NCBI RefSeq assembly: GCF_009914755.1
Contig: NC_060938.1
Source of the DNA: the human T2T-CHM13v2.0 reference genome, Homo sapiens
Reading direction: 5' to 3' (one strand)
Length of the DNA stretch: 64,000 bases
The notes under the pieces: model-generated
Told to the model about the DNA's origin: nothing
Databases searched by the model: none
What the model saw: the letters and a program-made list of their open reading frames with translations, nothing else
Part shown: piece by piece, positions 1-15,500 of the stretch
How positions within the stretch are numbered: the first letter of the stretch is position 1
Layout of the letters: every line of letters starts with the position of its first letter
Translations under genes and position numbers: made by a program

Positions 1-206
1 GTGTCTGGAAGGTGGGGACTGGGAACCCTGACAGAGGGCCAGCAATTGGACCCAGCCTCTGGCTCTTGAGGCCACCATTCAGTTACAACCCTGCCAAATC
101 TTCCTCCTGCTCTGCCACCCATGTTCCAGCCTCAAGCTGTGGGGCACGGCTCCTTAACCATCTGTCCACGTAGGCTGGACCTGCATCAGACCAGTCAGAT
201 CCACTA

Positions 207-650
<444 letters not shown>

Positions 651-929
651 TCACCCCACCAGGTAGCCTCCTAGTGTGTATAACCACATCATGCCACTTC
701 ACGGAAAGAGGTCTCACCAACCGACCAGTCATTCTACCTCCATCTTGCTCACCTGGGTGGCCCCTCCAGACCTCTGAATCTTGCCTCTGACCATCAGTGA
801 GTCCGTGTGGAGCTTTGGAGTAAACGGTATGACTTAACACCCCGTCTACGTAGCACTCTTTCCCCACCCCCTCTCAGGGTTCCTTGGAGGAGTCTTCCAT
901 TCCACTTGCTACTGGTAGGACAGTCATTG

Positions 930-1290
930 ACCCGTCTTCCCCATTCATCCCAGGGCTAGGCTGCCAATCAGAACATCCCAACACCTGGCCACAGCAGTTT
1001 GTTCGGGGATAGGTAAATGAGCCAGGTAAGGCCAAGCAGAGGCTTCTGCCAAGGTTGCTAAGCTTAGAGACTATTGCTGAGAGATGCCAGCTCCATCCTA
1101 CATGGGATGAAGCCAAAAAGAGGCCAGTAGAACTGCAAGATGTGGGTGGGGGTGGAGCTTGACAGCATTGCTTAAAGCCCTGGATCCAGCCGTACCTGAA
1201 GGCTCACCAGAAACAATAAATTCTCTTTTTGTTCAAACCCGTTGGAGTTGGGTTCTGTGACTGTCATCAAAGAACTCCTAGCTAATATGA
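930..1290 (+). mobile_element. Old MaLR LTR fragment (MLT1-like)
   Basis: MLT1-type 3' end: ccctggatccagcc..aataaattctctttttgttcaa..ttggagttgggttctgtgac..ctaata; 5' boundary uncertain. Confidence 0.55.
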
Positions 1291-1455
1291 CATGGAGGGG
1301 TTTTTAACCCGGTCTTAATGAAAATGTCACAAAGATATGTGAGCATCATAGTGCCCAAATGCTGGGCTAGGAATCAATGCATATACAGTGAACTCCACAG
1401 TCACTGCGTCCCAGCCCTACTGGGGATGAGGACCCCTATATAGTGTCAAAACATC

Positions 1456-2031
1456 TGTAAACCAAAAGATACCTGAGACAGGTCTTAATCAATTTAGAAA
1501 GTTTATTTTGCCAAGGTTCAGGATGTACCCTTGACACAGCCTCAGGAGGTCCTGACATGTGGCCAAGGTGGTCAGGGCACAGCTTGGTTTTGTATATTTT
1601 AGGGAGACACAAGACATCAATATATGTAAAATGTACATTGTTTCAGTCTGGAAAGGCGGGACAACTCGAAGTGGAAAGGAGGCTTCCAGGTTATATGTAA
1701 ATAAGAGACAAATGGTTGCATTCTGTTGAGTTTCTGATTAGGCTTTCGCTGAATGCACAGTTTACAGGAATAGTCACCTATACCTTAGTCTGGCTTAGTA
1801 AAACAATAGGGCAAAGGAAGCAATCAGATATGCGTTTGTCTCCTGGGAGCAGAGGGAGGGTGACTTTGAGTTCTGCCTTTCCTTCATCCACAAAGAATTT
1901 CCTTGTGGGCAAATTGCAAGGGAGGTATCTTATTTTGGAATAGAATGGGAGGCAGGTTTACCCTATGCAGTTTCAAGCTTCACTTTTCCCTTTGGCTTAG
2001 TAATTTCGGGGAGATTTATTTTCCTTTCACA
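1456..2031 (-). mobile_element. ERV1 solo LTR, MER4 group (MER4A-like)
   Basis: TG...CA termini, exact 4-bp TSD CATC (1452-1455 / 2032-2035), MER4A-like sequence, AATAAA on minus strand near 1502. Confidence 0.88.
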
Positions 2032-2115
2032 CATCTCACAAAGCCCCCACAAAAAAAAATACCTGTATCTTTGGTATCCCTTGAATGAGAAAACACACAA
2101 AGAAATAAAATCAAA

Positions 2116-2402
2116 TTTTGTTTGTTTGGGGTTTTTTTGAGACAAGGTCTCACTTCAGTGGCACAATCCAGGCTCACTGCAACCTCCGCCTCCTGGGTTC
2201 AGGCGATACTCTTGCCCCAGCCTCCCGAGTAGCTGGGATTACAGGCGCATGCCACCATGCCCGGCTAATTTTTGTATGTTTAGTAGAGACAGGGTTTCGC
2301 CATGTTGGCCAGGCTGATCTCAAACTCCTGGCTTCAAGTGATCTGTCCGCCTTGGCCTGCCAAAGTGCTGGGATTACAGACGTGAGCTCCCGCGCCGGGC
2401 CC
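2116..2402 (-). mobile_element. Alu SINE with small internal deletion
   Basis: Reverse Alu from T-rich tail and gagacaaggtctcact to gtgagctcccgcgccgggcc. Confidence 0.93.
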
Positions 2403-2944
2403 AGAAAGCAGTAAACTTTTAAAATGAATTTGTGTTTTCTTCTAAATCAACAGTACAAACATCAGGAAAAAAAATAGTCATTCAAGCACACGTGAGAATG
2501 TTAATTATCCATCCTGAGAAAGGCTTGGTGGCACATAGATGGATATAAGGGGTTGCTCACCAGCTCGCTGCTATCTCTCAAGAAGCTGGACGGAGCCTGC
2601 ATTTCCCAGCTCCTCAGGGGAGAGGTTGCCAATCTCAAGCCCAGGTCCCTGCACTGGGAAACTGGGGGGCACCTTCCACCAGTGTGGCCAGGTGACTCCC
2701 TCTGCTCTGATCCTGCCTAATTCTCTTTTCTCAGCCCCTCTTCCCCTCCTCCCAGAGGCCCATGCTGCCCTTGGGCCCTTGGGTCTGGCTGGCCCAGCTA
2801 ATACCATTTTCAGGGATGTTATCTCTGACACTGTTTAAGGAGTCTGACACTGACGTTTGCTCAAGGCACATGTTCAGGAGTCCCGTCTGCCACTGGCTTC
2901 TGGAGTGGCTTCCTTTCTTTTCCCCCAGCATGCCCTGTGCCTGT

Positions 2945-3430
<486 letters not shown>

Positions 3431-3798
3431 GGGATCAGGCATTCAGACTCACTAACCTGAATGTTCCTGCCATCCCAAGTCTTGTGCCCTTGGGGCCCTA
3501 CTGACTGTGGGGATAGATATAGAGGCACTTGAGATAAGGAAGTCACTTCCTGGTTGGAATCCAAATAGGACCTGGGTCCCCTGTGGCACAGCAGCTTCCT
3601 GCGACACTTCCTGTGTCACGTGATTAACCTTCCCCAGGGAAGAGCTTGATTACTTCCCACCTGATACTGCCACCAGAGCCAGCCAGGCTCTCCAGGGTCT
3701 CCTCTCCCCACCCCCAGGCCTCATCGCCACACCTCCATTCCTACCAACTTGTTTAGCCAGGACAAACCACTTTCAATGTTTCTATAATGCTGGGCTAC

Positions 3799-4786
<988 letters not shown>

Positions 4787-4790
4787 CTAC

Positions 4791-5225
4791 CAATCTCTCT
4801 CTCTCTCTCTTTCAATCTCTTTCTCAATTTCTCCTTCTCTGTCTCTCTCTCAATCTCTCTCTCTTGATCTATCTCTCAATCTCTTTCTCTTGATCTCTCT
4901 CAATCTATCTCTTGATCTAACTCTCTCAATGTCTCTGTCTGTCTCTCTTAATCTCTATCTCTCTCTTAATCTCTCTGTATCTCTTGATCTGTCTCTCTCA
5001 GTCTCTCTCTCGATATCTCTCTCTCAGTCTCTCTCGATCTCTCTCAATCTCTCTGTCTCTCTCAATCTCTCTCTTGATCTATCTCTCTCTCAGTCTCTCT
5101 CTCCTGATCTCTCAATCTCTCTCTCGATTGCTCTCTCAATCTATTTTTCTCTTAATTTTCTACCTCTCAATCTCTCTCTCTCTCTCGATCTTTCTATATC
5201 TCAGTCTCTCTCCCTCTCTTTCTTT
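4791..5225. repeat. Degenerate (CT)n polypyrimidine tract, ~430 bp
   Basis: CTCTCT runs punctuated by CAAT/TGAT/CGAT/CAGT. Confidence 0.95.
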
Positions 5226-5479
5226 GTTTAGAGGACTCTGTGTCTGACTAGAGAACTGCTGTTCCCCCTTCTGTAACCAGGTTAGGCCACATCTCCTCAG
5301 AGAAGCTTCCTTGCTCCACACACCATCAGCATTAGCCAGGCTTCATTAACCCTCTAAGTACTGGGAGCTCACACTAAAGTGTGAGGCCATGGAAGGCAGA
5401 GACGGCTCGCATGTCCCCCCTCTGCCTAGCACAATGCCTGCACAAAGACAGGGCATTACAGCTAGAAAAGGGCAAAGTC

Positions 5480-5620
5480 CAATACCACAGAGATGAGGGC
5501 ACAGAGGCTCAGGGAAGTGAGGGGACTTGCTTAAGACCACCCAGAGACAAAATGTCACAGCTGGTATCCAAACTCAGGTTGGAATCCAGAGGGCCCAGGC
5601 TTTTCCCACCACTCCAGGCT
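5480..5620 (-). mobile_element. MIR fragment
   Basis: agatgagggcacagaggctcagggaagtga..acttgcttaagaccac MIR core. Confidence 0.6.
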
Positions 5621-6839
5621 GTTCCTGTCCCTGTGGTGTTTATAGAAATGGCAATTTAGTGTTGAGCCTCTGAACAACTCTTCGGACTTCTGATTTTAAT
5701 CTTGAGGTCACTGTAAACAGGGTGTGGCTTGTTTTTCCCTCTTTGCTTTGGCAGCGAGGAAGCTCAGAGCCAAGTTTCTAGCAAGCATAAAGGATATACG
5801 GCAGCATCTCATGGACTAACCTCACCTCCGATTTCATTTTCTTTCTCTTTTTCCTTATCTTCCTACCCTGATCACCTCACTTAATAATTATTTCCTTTTG
5901 TATTGTTTATTGCATTCCTTTAGGTGCAAGGTATAGTATAAATAAATAACTAAATACTGACGGAGCAGACAGAGCAGGACTGGGATCAGAGCTGCCCCTC
6001 CTGACCCCCACTCCCTTGCTTTTCATAACGTTCCTCAGCACCTCACACGTCCCTCACCCCCAAGGAGCTTAAGATCTGGGGTCTTCCGGGCCCAACCATG
6101 GAGATCTTTCAACAGTCTTCTCACTGTCCTCGTTTAAATTTTTCCCAAACTTTGAGAATTTCTCTGAAAACACAATTAAGCATTTTCCCAGCATACAGCA
6201 TACAAAAAGCCAAAACTTCCGCATCCATCCATTTTGCCAGTTATTCTTGGGCGAACAAGAAGAGTTCAACAAGAACAGAACAGAAGTGCACTTCATTACC
6301 ATAAGAAGACACCGGGAACGCAGCGTGATTCACGGAGGTCACTGAGTTCTGACATGCACATTTTGCTCAACAATTACCTGTTTTGTGCCTCGTCGTAAAC
6401 TACCGCATCTTCCGTAAAATGTCCAAATGTTACCGAGGGTAGAATTAGACCTCGGGGCCCAATTTCCTGCCACATTACAAGGCGGTAATTAACTCAGCTC
6501 AGAGGTCCCGTTCCTCCCTCGGTAACTCCAAGCGTTGCCTTTTACAATCCTCCTTCCAACAACAGCGCAGTAGGTTGCAGATGCAGAGCCTCAGGACCTT
6601 GTCTAGAAAACGCCCCCCACCTTGCCGAGCATCACAGCACCGTGCAGAAAAAGGGTGGTGCATCTTCATTAACCTCCATCCAGCGGGTCAGCTGCATGGA
6701 AAAGGGGTCCTCGAAGATGCCATCAAACAAACACACACCGAAACTCCAGAGGAAATCCTGATCACAGGGCAATACCAGCCACCAGCCCCTCTCCCGTGTG
6801 CCTCCGAGACCCTGTTGGCGGCTCTCTCTCTAAAGCATT

Positions 6840-7160
6840 ACCCCTGTCTCCAGGAGGAGCATTCAGGGTCCTCCACGATCTGACAGCCTCTTCATTTTCC
6901 ATCTTCCTCCACATTCATATTGTTTCAGCCTCACCCAAGCTCCAGGCCATTCTCCAAAGGTGCCTTTATCTATGCCATTCCCTCCGCTTCATCTCCCCCC
7001 AATCCCATCTTCTCTTGACAAACTCCCACTCATCCTGCAAGAGCCCATCTCATCATGAGCTTCTCCTAGAGCCTCCCTTGAACCACCCTCAGCAAACGTG
7101 AGCCAGATCCCCCTCCTGCCTCCCCCGGTCCTAAGATCAGCTCTGTCCAGCTGAAGACAC
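6840..7160 (+). mobile_element. L2 fragment
   Basis: L2-like pyrimidine-rich 3' motifs (ctccacgatctg, aactcccactcatcctgcaag, ttctcctagagcctccc). Confidence 0.45.
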
Positions 7161-7339
7161 TGACGGTGAGTTCCAACCTCCAGTACTGCCACAGCTCCTG
7201 CCAACCTCTGGCCACAGTTGAACCACCACCAGCGCTGGGATTGGTAAACACCATCAGTGCAAACTTACAAAACCAATGTTCACTAATAAATCACACTTAT
7301 GATACTTCTTATATTAGGTGCTTGGATTCCATATCAGAT

Positions 7340-7344
7340 TTCTT

Positions 7345-7375
<31 letters not shown>

Positions 7376-7650
7376 GACAGAGTCTCACTGTTGCCCAGGC
7401 TGGAATACAGTGGTGTCTCAGCTCACTGCAACCTCCGCTTCCCAGGTTCAAGGGATTCTCATGCTTCAGCCTCCCAAGTAGCTAGGACTACAGGAGCATG
7501 ACACGATGCCTGGCTAATTTTTTGTATTTTTGGTAGAGACGGGGTTTCACCATATTGGCCAGGCTGGTCTTGAACACCTGACCTCAGGTGATCCACCTAC
7601 CTTGGATCCCAAAGCGCTGGGATTACAGGTGTAAGCCACCACACCTGGCC
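7340..7650 (-). mobile_element. Alu SINE
   Basis: Long poly(T) then reverse Alu ending ccacacctggcc. Confidence 0.96.
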
Positions 7651-7702
7651 AAATTTCATTTAAAAAAAAAAAACAATAAACTTTTGTTTTGTGATCTAAA
7701 AG

Positions 7703-7724
7703 TATATATATATATATATATATA
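7703..7724. repeat. (TA)n microsatellite
   Basis: Direct reading. Confidence 0.95.
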
Positions 7725-8239
7725 TGACTTTGACATTGGCTCCCCAGAGCAGGTGGGAGTGGAGGTGTGTTCCATGCCCTGGGAGGCCTTGTCGGACTAC
7801 ACCTGAGGGACACAGAGGCCCCTGGGGCAGAGAGAGCTGAGTAGGGCTGGCCGGGCGACAGGGAAAGAATGTGTGCAAGGGCCTCACTTTGGACCCCCTG
7901 CCAAAGGCCACACAGCTCCCATGATGCAGCCCCTGTCAGCCTCTCCAGCCGCTCTCTCCAGGTCCCAGTGGCCACATCGCCCCTTGTTCATCACCGTTGC
8001 TGGCCCTGGGGCATTTCACCAGCCCTTGTTGGTTTCATTCAGCTTCGCCCATAACTTCGCAAACCTCCCCTTCCTAAACCCTCTGCAGTCACACCTCCTG
8101 AGTGTCATCTGCTCCCCGCCAGGACCCAGATCGATACTCTGACAACCTCACTTCATCTACTCAGGCATGGGGAAGGAAAGAATCATACTGTGTAGCCAGC
8201 ACTCACTATGTCCTCTCGCTTCATTCCCGTAACCATGCT

Positions 8240-8400
8240 GTGTTACAGGTGTGACACAGAGGAAGAAACTGAGGCACAGAGAGGTGAAGTGGCTGGCCTG
8301 AAATAATACAGCTGATCGACGGCAGGGTCAGGATTTGAGCCCAGGTCTGGCTACTCCCAAATTCCATGCTTCCTTCACTACGCTCTCCTCCTATACCCAT
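8240..8400 (-). mobile_element. MIR fragment
   Basis: gaaactgaggcacagagaggtgaagtg..ggatttgagcccaggtctg. Confidence 0.75.
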
Positions 8401-8967
8401 GGAGGACACACTGCTGAGAATTTCCTGGGCACAAGAACCCCGTGACTGGCTCTGGGGAGGAGAGAACACAGGGAAGCAGAAGCCCAGGGACCTGCCCGTC
8501 CCTGAGAGAGAGAGAAGCAGATGCAAACCCTGCAGTGTGCAGCAGCGTGTGGCACGGGATGCAGCAGTGACGTTTTCCAAACAGGCTAGAGGTGGCCACA
8601 CCAGGAGAGCTCCTATGGCTGGGCGCGGGGGCCATGTTTCTTTATTCCGATGAGTCCCCGGGTTCAGAACCACTGAGTGAAAGGAGTTATCCCTGACAAG
8701 AGAGGGAGAAAGAGTGGGAGGAAGCCAGTGAGTGTAGGGTCCCGGAAGCCAAGTGAGGATAGCACTCCAAGAAGGAAGGTGGCCCATTCGGTCAAACGCT
8801 GCCGAGAGCACGTCAAACACATGTGGAAAATGCCACTGGACTTAGTGAGGGGGTCACTGGAGATGCCGAGAGACCGTTCAGAGAGGAGCAGACAGGAACT
8901 AGATGCTCTTCACTGACTTACTGCTTCAGACAGGAAGCCAGCGCAGAGTGGGTTAGCAAGTGGATGG

Positions 8968-9270
8968 GGCCGGGAGCCGAGGCTCACGCCTGTAATCTCA
9001 GCACTTCAGGAGGCTGAGGTGGGAGGATTGTTTGAGCCCAGAAGTTCAAGACCAGCCTGGGTAACATAGCCAGACCCTGTCTCTACAAAAAATAAGATTA
9101 GCTGGGTGTGGTGGCACACGCCTGTAGTCCCAGCTACTCGGGAGGCTGACATGGGAAGATGGTTTGAGCCCAGGAGTTCAAGGCTGCAGTAAACTGTTAC
9201 TGCACCACTGCACCCAGCCTGGGTGACAGAGTGAGATCCTGTCTCAAACATAATAAAATAAAATAAAAAG
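8968..9270 (+). mobile_element. Alu SINE (AluJ-like)
   Basis: gcccaggagttcaaggctgcagt right-arm AluJ signature; A-rich tail. Confidence 0.95.
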
Positions 9271-10981
9271 AATATTGCTAAAAAATATAATGGCTCCAAA
9301 TTCTTGATTGTTTAAAAATGATCTTTTTTTTTTCTTGGAAGGATCTTTTCTAGACTTGCCATGAAACATGTCTAGCGACCCTCATTCATCTGATTTACTC
9401 TAAAGGGATGCTTGAATGATGGTCACTTTTGTTAATGATACTTTTTTGGGGGTGGGGAAATGACAGGATTTGTGGTGGTTGCAATTTTTTTTTCCTTTGC
9501 TTTTTATCTTTGTACTTTCATGTGTTGCTTAAAATTTTTAAATAATGAACATTGTTATTTTATAAAAACAATAATAATTATTCTAAAAAGTAAAAAAGTA
9601 AGACTTTTTTGAGTGTCTAGGAAGCAGTAAGTCAGTGAAGAGCATCTTGTACCTCTTGTGGCTGCGGACTTGGAAACAGTGCTGCTCCCAACATCACCTT
9701 AGCCTGCCAAGTCTGCCTTTCCCATTGAAATGGGTAAGTAGGCTGAAAGCGTTCGTCCTTATCCTCAAATACAGCTTTATAAAAATATTTGTGAATTAAT
9801 AATGTTGTGATATAGAAACTTGTTTGTATCCTATAGTGGAGTCACATGCCTTGCTAGGGAAAGTGTTTCTGATCCATATGATGGGAATGAAGAGAATCTG
9901 TAGCTCCCAGTGAGTCACAGGGAGCCCCATGGCATCCAGTTGAGGGTCCTCCTCCCAAAATAGACTTGCAACCCCCTGGAGGGGGAGAAGACCGAGGCCC
10001 AATTTGTCCAGATGTGTCAGGATTCTGTGTGTAAGGCAATGGATCTAGAGATGATCTCTTTTTCAAGGCTATATCCAATAAAATTGTTGTGGCTGCAGGA
10101 ATCAACGGAGAAGGATTTTGAGGTAACAACCAAGTTCCTGAGGAAAGGGCATGGCTGCTTAGTGAGTCTGCCATGGCTCTGGTTCAAAGTCCTCACATTC
10201 AGCAACTTAATCAAAACATTTGTTATATTAATTCTTTGTGATAATTAAAATTGCCTGGAAGCTTGTCAAGTGGCAGACTTCTCCCCAGTTCTGCACCTTT
10301 CCTGCTCTCCTGGGAACATCTGAAATTCAGGGTAGGCATTCTTTCTCTTTTTTCAACCAGCCTCAGTGAATATAATTTATAGACAATAAAGTTCACCAAT
10401 TTTAAGTGTACAATTTGGTCAGTTTTGACAAATGTATATGGTCCTGTAACCACCACTATATTCATCACATAGAACATTTCCATCACCCCGCAAGAGCTCC
10501 CTTGTGTCCTTTTAAGGCAGTACCTTCCTTCCAGCCACCTTTCCATCCACTAGTCTGCTCTCCATCACTCCAGCTTTGCCTTTCCTAGCATTTTACATAA
10601 ACGAAATAACACATATAGAGTCTTGAGCTTCTTTCATTTAACAAAATGCATTTGGGATGCACCCATGTTCTTGAATGTTTGAATAGTTCCTTACTTTTTA
10701 TTGCTGGCTGGTCTTCTATTTTGTTCATCTATTCAACCACTGATTAACTTTTGTGGTGTTCCCAGATTTTTGGCTATCATGAGTAAAGTCAGGGAAAAGC
10801 CCTTGTGTGGGCCTATGTTTAAATTTTTCTTAGGCAGATGTCTAGGAATGCAATTGCTAGGTTTAACTTTATGAGAAACTGCCAAAGTGTTTTCCAAATC
10901 TGTGCACTATTTTGCCTTCTCACGGTGATATATGAGCGCCCCTGTTGCTCCTCATCCTTTACAGCACTTTTTATTGTCAGT

Positions 10982-11273
10982 CTTTTTTTCTGGAGTTGGT
11001 CTCACTCTGTCCCCCAGGCTGGAGTGCAGTGGCATGATCACAGCTCACTGAAGCCTCGACTTCCCTGGGCTCAGGTAATTCTCCCACCTCAGCCTCCTGA
11101 ATAGCTGAGATTACAGGCACACACCACCTTGCCCAGATAATTTTTGTATTTTCTGTAGAAACAGAGTTTCACCATGTTGCCCAGGCTGGTCTGGAACTCC
11201 TGGGCTCAAGTTATCGGCCCACCTCAGGCTCCCAAAATGCTGGGATTACGGGCGTGAGTCACTGCACTCTACC
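10982..11273 (-). mobile_element. Alu SINE (AluJ-like) nested in L1
   Basis: Reverse Alu; tcagtcttt on both flanks. Confidence 0.94.
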
Positions 11274-12255
11274 ATCAGTCTTTATTTTAATGTTAGCAAT
11301 TATACTTAGTGTATAGTGGCTTCTCTTTCTGTTTTTAATTCACATTTTTCTAATGACTAATGATATGAAGCGTCGTTTCATGTGTTTGACATTTATATAT
11401 TTTCTTTGGCATCGTTGTTTTTCAAATCTTATGCTTTTTAGATTTTAGTGTTTGTCTTTTATTATTAAGTTGTAAGACTTTATTTTTTAATATTCTGGAT
11501 GCCAGTTCTTAATTAGATATGTGCTTTGCAAATATTTTCTCCTAACCTGTGCCTGCCTCATCATTTTCTCAGTGGGGTCGTTTGAAAAGCAAATATTTTA
11601 CATTTGAAATCTGCTGATCTATTTTATTTTCTAGTTCATGTATTTTGTGTTTTATTTTATAAATCTTTGCTAAATACAAGGTCATGAATTTTTCTTACAC
11701 TTTCTTTAGAACTTTTATCATCTTAGCTCTTACATTTAAGCCTGCAATTCATTTTGAGTTAATTTTTTTGACTAGTTAATTTTCCAGCTGGGGAGGTAAT
11801 GGCTGAGGTTCTTTTTTTTTCTTCTTGCATACGAATATTCATTTGTTCATTAAATTGACTTGGGACCTTAGTCAAAAATCAAGTAAACGTATATGTGTGG
11901 CTCTATTTCTGACTCTAGATCATAGTCCATTATCTATAAATCTACCTTTATGCCAATACCAACAGTCTTGATTATTATAACTTTACAGTAAGTCTTGAAA
12001 TCAAGTCATGTGAGTATTCCAATCTTTAAAAATTATTTAGGCAATTCTAGGTCCTTAGTATTTCTATATAAATTTTAGAATCAACTTTTCAATTTCCATT
12101 TTTTAAAATTATGCTGGAACTTCAATGATAATTGCTTTGAATATATACTCAGTTAAGTGTAAGGAGACTAAATATTGAGTCTTGTAATCCATGAACATAG
12201 CATATATTTTTATTTATTTGTATCTTCTTTGATTTGTCTCACTAATATTTTGTAG

Positions 12256-12591
<336 letters not shown>

Positions 12592-15500
12592 ATAAATTTA
12601 TTTCTTTAAATGTATCTTTTATATAATTATAAATGATATTGTCTTTAAATTTTTCAAATGACAACTGTTCATTGATATTTTGTAGAAATTCAGTTGACTT
12701 TTGTATATTGACCTTGTATCCTCTACCCTTACTAAACTCACTTATCAGTTCTAGTAGCTTGTTTGTATATTCTTTGGTATTTGGTAGAACATAATGCTAT
12801 CTGTGAAGCAAGACCATTTTATTTCTTTCTTTCCAATTAGTGTGCCTTTTATTACTTTTTTTTTTCCTTATGGCATTATCTAGGACCTCACATATAATGA
12901 TGAATAAAACGTAAATGCAGATATCATTGTCTTGTTCCTAATCTCAGGAAAAGGATTCAGTCTTTCATCATTAAGTATGATGCTCGCTGTAAGCTTATGT
13001 AGATTTAGGAAGTTTTTTTATATAACTAGTTTGCTAAGAGTTTTTAATCATTGCTCAGTATTGATTTTGTCAAATATATTTTCTGCACACACTGATATGA
13101 CCATATGGCTATCCTTTTTCAGTCTGCTAACATGATGAATTACGTTAATTGGTTTTTCTAAATTCCTGGGATAAAACCCACTTGGTCATGATGCATTCTC
13201 ATTTTATATATTACTAGATTTAATTCACTAAAATTTTGTTAAGGACTTATGCCCAAGAGGGATATTAGTCTGCAGTATTCTTTTCTGGTAACATCTCGAA
13301 TGGTTTGAGTTAAATTATTCCCTTCTCTTCTATTTTCAGGAAGAGTTGGTATACAATTAATATTATTTCTTTCTTAAATGGCTGATAGAATTCACCAGTG
13401 AAGACAGCTGAGCCTTGAGGGTTTTTAGTTTGTTTGATATTTTGTGAGTAAGTTTTTAACTACAAATTCAATTGTTTTAATACATATAGCACTATTCTGG
13501 CTGTCTACTTCTTCTTGGGTGAGCTTTCATAATTTGTGTATTTCAAGAAATTTGTCCATTCATCTATATTGTGGAATTTATTGGCAGAAAGGTGTTCATA
13601 GTATTCTTTTCTTATTTCAGTGTATACAGGATATGTAGTGATGTCCTTTCTTTCATTCTTGATATTGACCATGTGTCTCTTCTTTTTTTCCTGGTTGGTC
13701 CAGCTATAGACGTATCAAGTTTCTATTAAAATTTTAATAAACTAGATTTGGGGTTTAATTTTCTCCATTAATTTTCTGTTTTCTATTTCAATGCTTTTTT
13801 CTCTTATAATTATTATTTCTTCTTTCTGGTTATTTTTTATTTAGTTTGCTCTACTTTTTTCTGGCTTTTTAAAGTGGAAGGTTTGATCACTGATTTGAGA
13901 CCTTCTTTTCTAATAGAAGCATTTAATGCTATAAATTTCTTCTTAAGTATTAATTTAGTTGTATCTCATAAATGTTGATGTTTTATTTACATTTTCATTC
14001 AGTTCAAAATATTTTTTAATTTTCCTTGTGACTTATTCTGTGGCCTATGAATTATTGAGATGTATGATATTTCCAAATATTTTGAGATTTTTCAGATACC
14101 GTTTTGTTACTGACTTCTAGTTTAATTCTATTAAAGTCAGAAAACCTATTTGTATGATTTTTAGACACTTAATTTTATTAAGACTTGTTTCGTAGCCCAA
14201 AATATAATCTGCCTTGGTGAATGTTTCTTGCATTCTTCAAAAGAATGTGCATTTGGCTTTTGTTGATTGAAGTGTTATCTAGATGTCAAGTAGGTCAGTG
14301 AGTTAATAGTGTTAGTTGAAAATGATATCTTCTACATTTTTATTCATTTTCTATTTGTTTCATCAAGTATCAAGAGAGAAATATCGAAATCTCTGATTGC
14401 AATTGTAGATTTAGTTTTCTTCTTAATTTTCTCAGTTTTGCTGCATGTAGTTTAAAATAAAGTTCTGTTTCTAGGTACACACACATGTAGGATTACTACA
14501 TTCTCTTCCTGAACTACATGGCTATAGGTATGCTGTTGAGGCCTACCGTGGTCCCTTTTATAAATGATTCTCAACTCCTCTGTCTGAGATCTGCTTAGGT
14601 GGAGCAAATTATCTTGCAATTCATTACCCTACCCATGTCCATTTTCCAAAGCAATTACCAAGAAAAAAAAGATGAACAAAATTAAAACCTAAAAGCTCTT
14701 CTACCAATATATTTATGAATATAATACTAGAAACTATTAAAAACCACATGAATTCAAGACCACATTGATAATTCAGTAAGAACAAAGTCCTCAAAATTAA
14801 AGAAATTTGAGCTCTTTGGCTACGTTCTTGGCTAGGAGGTTTTTTGCCAAGAATATTGCCAGGGATTTTGCAATATTACCAGGAAGTCAGACTTCCTGAT
14901 AGAATGCTAAAAATAGAGTTCTTGGTAAACTCTAGTAATGCACTAACTGATTTATGAGAACTATATTTGGGTAACCTGTAGTAACTCAGTGAATTACTAC
15001 GAGGTAGACATCGGTCATGCATAATAACAAAAATAAATAGGATTGTGCATCACTCACTACTAAGAACTGGATTCTGAATGTGCATTTTCATCAGTTTATG
15101 ACTGTCCAGAAGTCTGTCACCTCCCACCAGTGGGCTGTGGGCCACCCATTGAGAAACACAACTCCATATGAGGACCCATAAGAGAAACCGCTTTCAGATT
15201 AAAGTGCCAGGAAACACTTTGCTCCTCCTGAAGAACTACTGTGGTTCTTTCCACACTGATGACGATACTCATTATATCTCTTTTCCCATTGACAGCTGGG
15301 AAGCTCTGAGCCAAACTTGAAAATCAAGCTCTAGAACCCTGTGCCTTGAGAGTTTTCATTTTACTTCTTCTCTTCAAATTGGCATTTGCCCTAATCTTAT
15401 TGCTCATATTGTTCTAATTTATTGAACATATTTCTCAGTAACCATCTCTCTTTTTTCCTTATGTGCATGTGTGTGTGTGGGTGTGGGTGTAACAAGAAGC

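Noticed and set aside
4890-5247. Ser/Leu-rich ORFs
   Set aside because: Artefacts of the (CT)n tract
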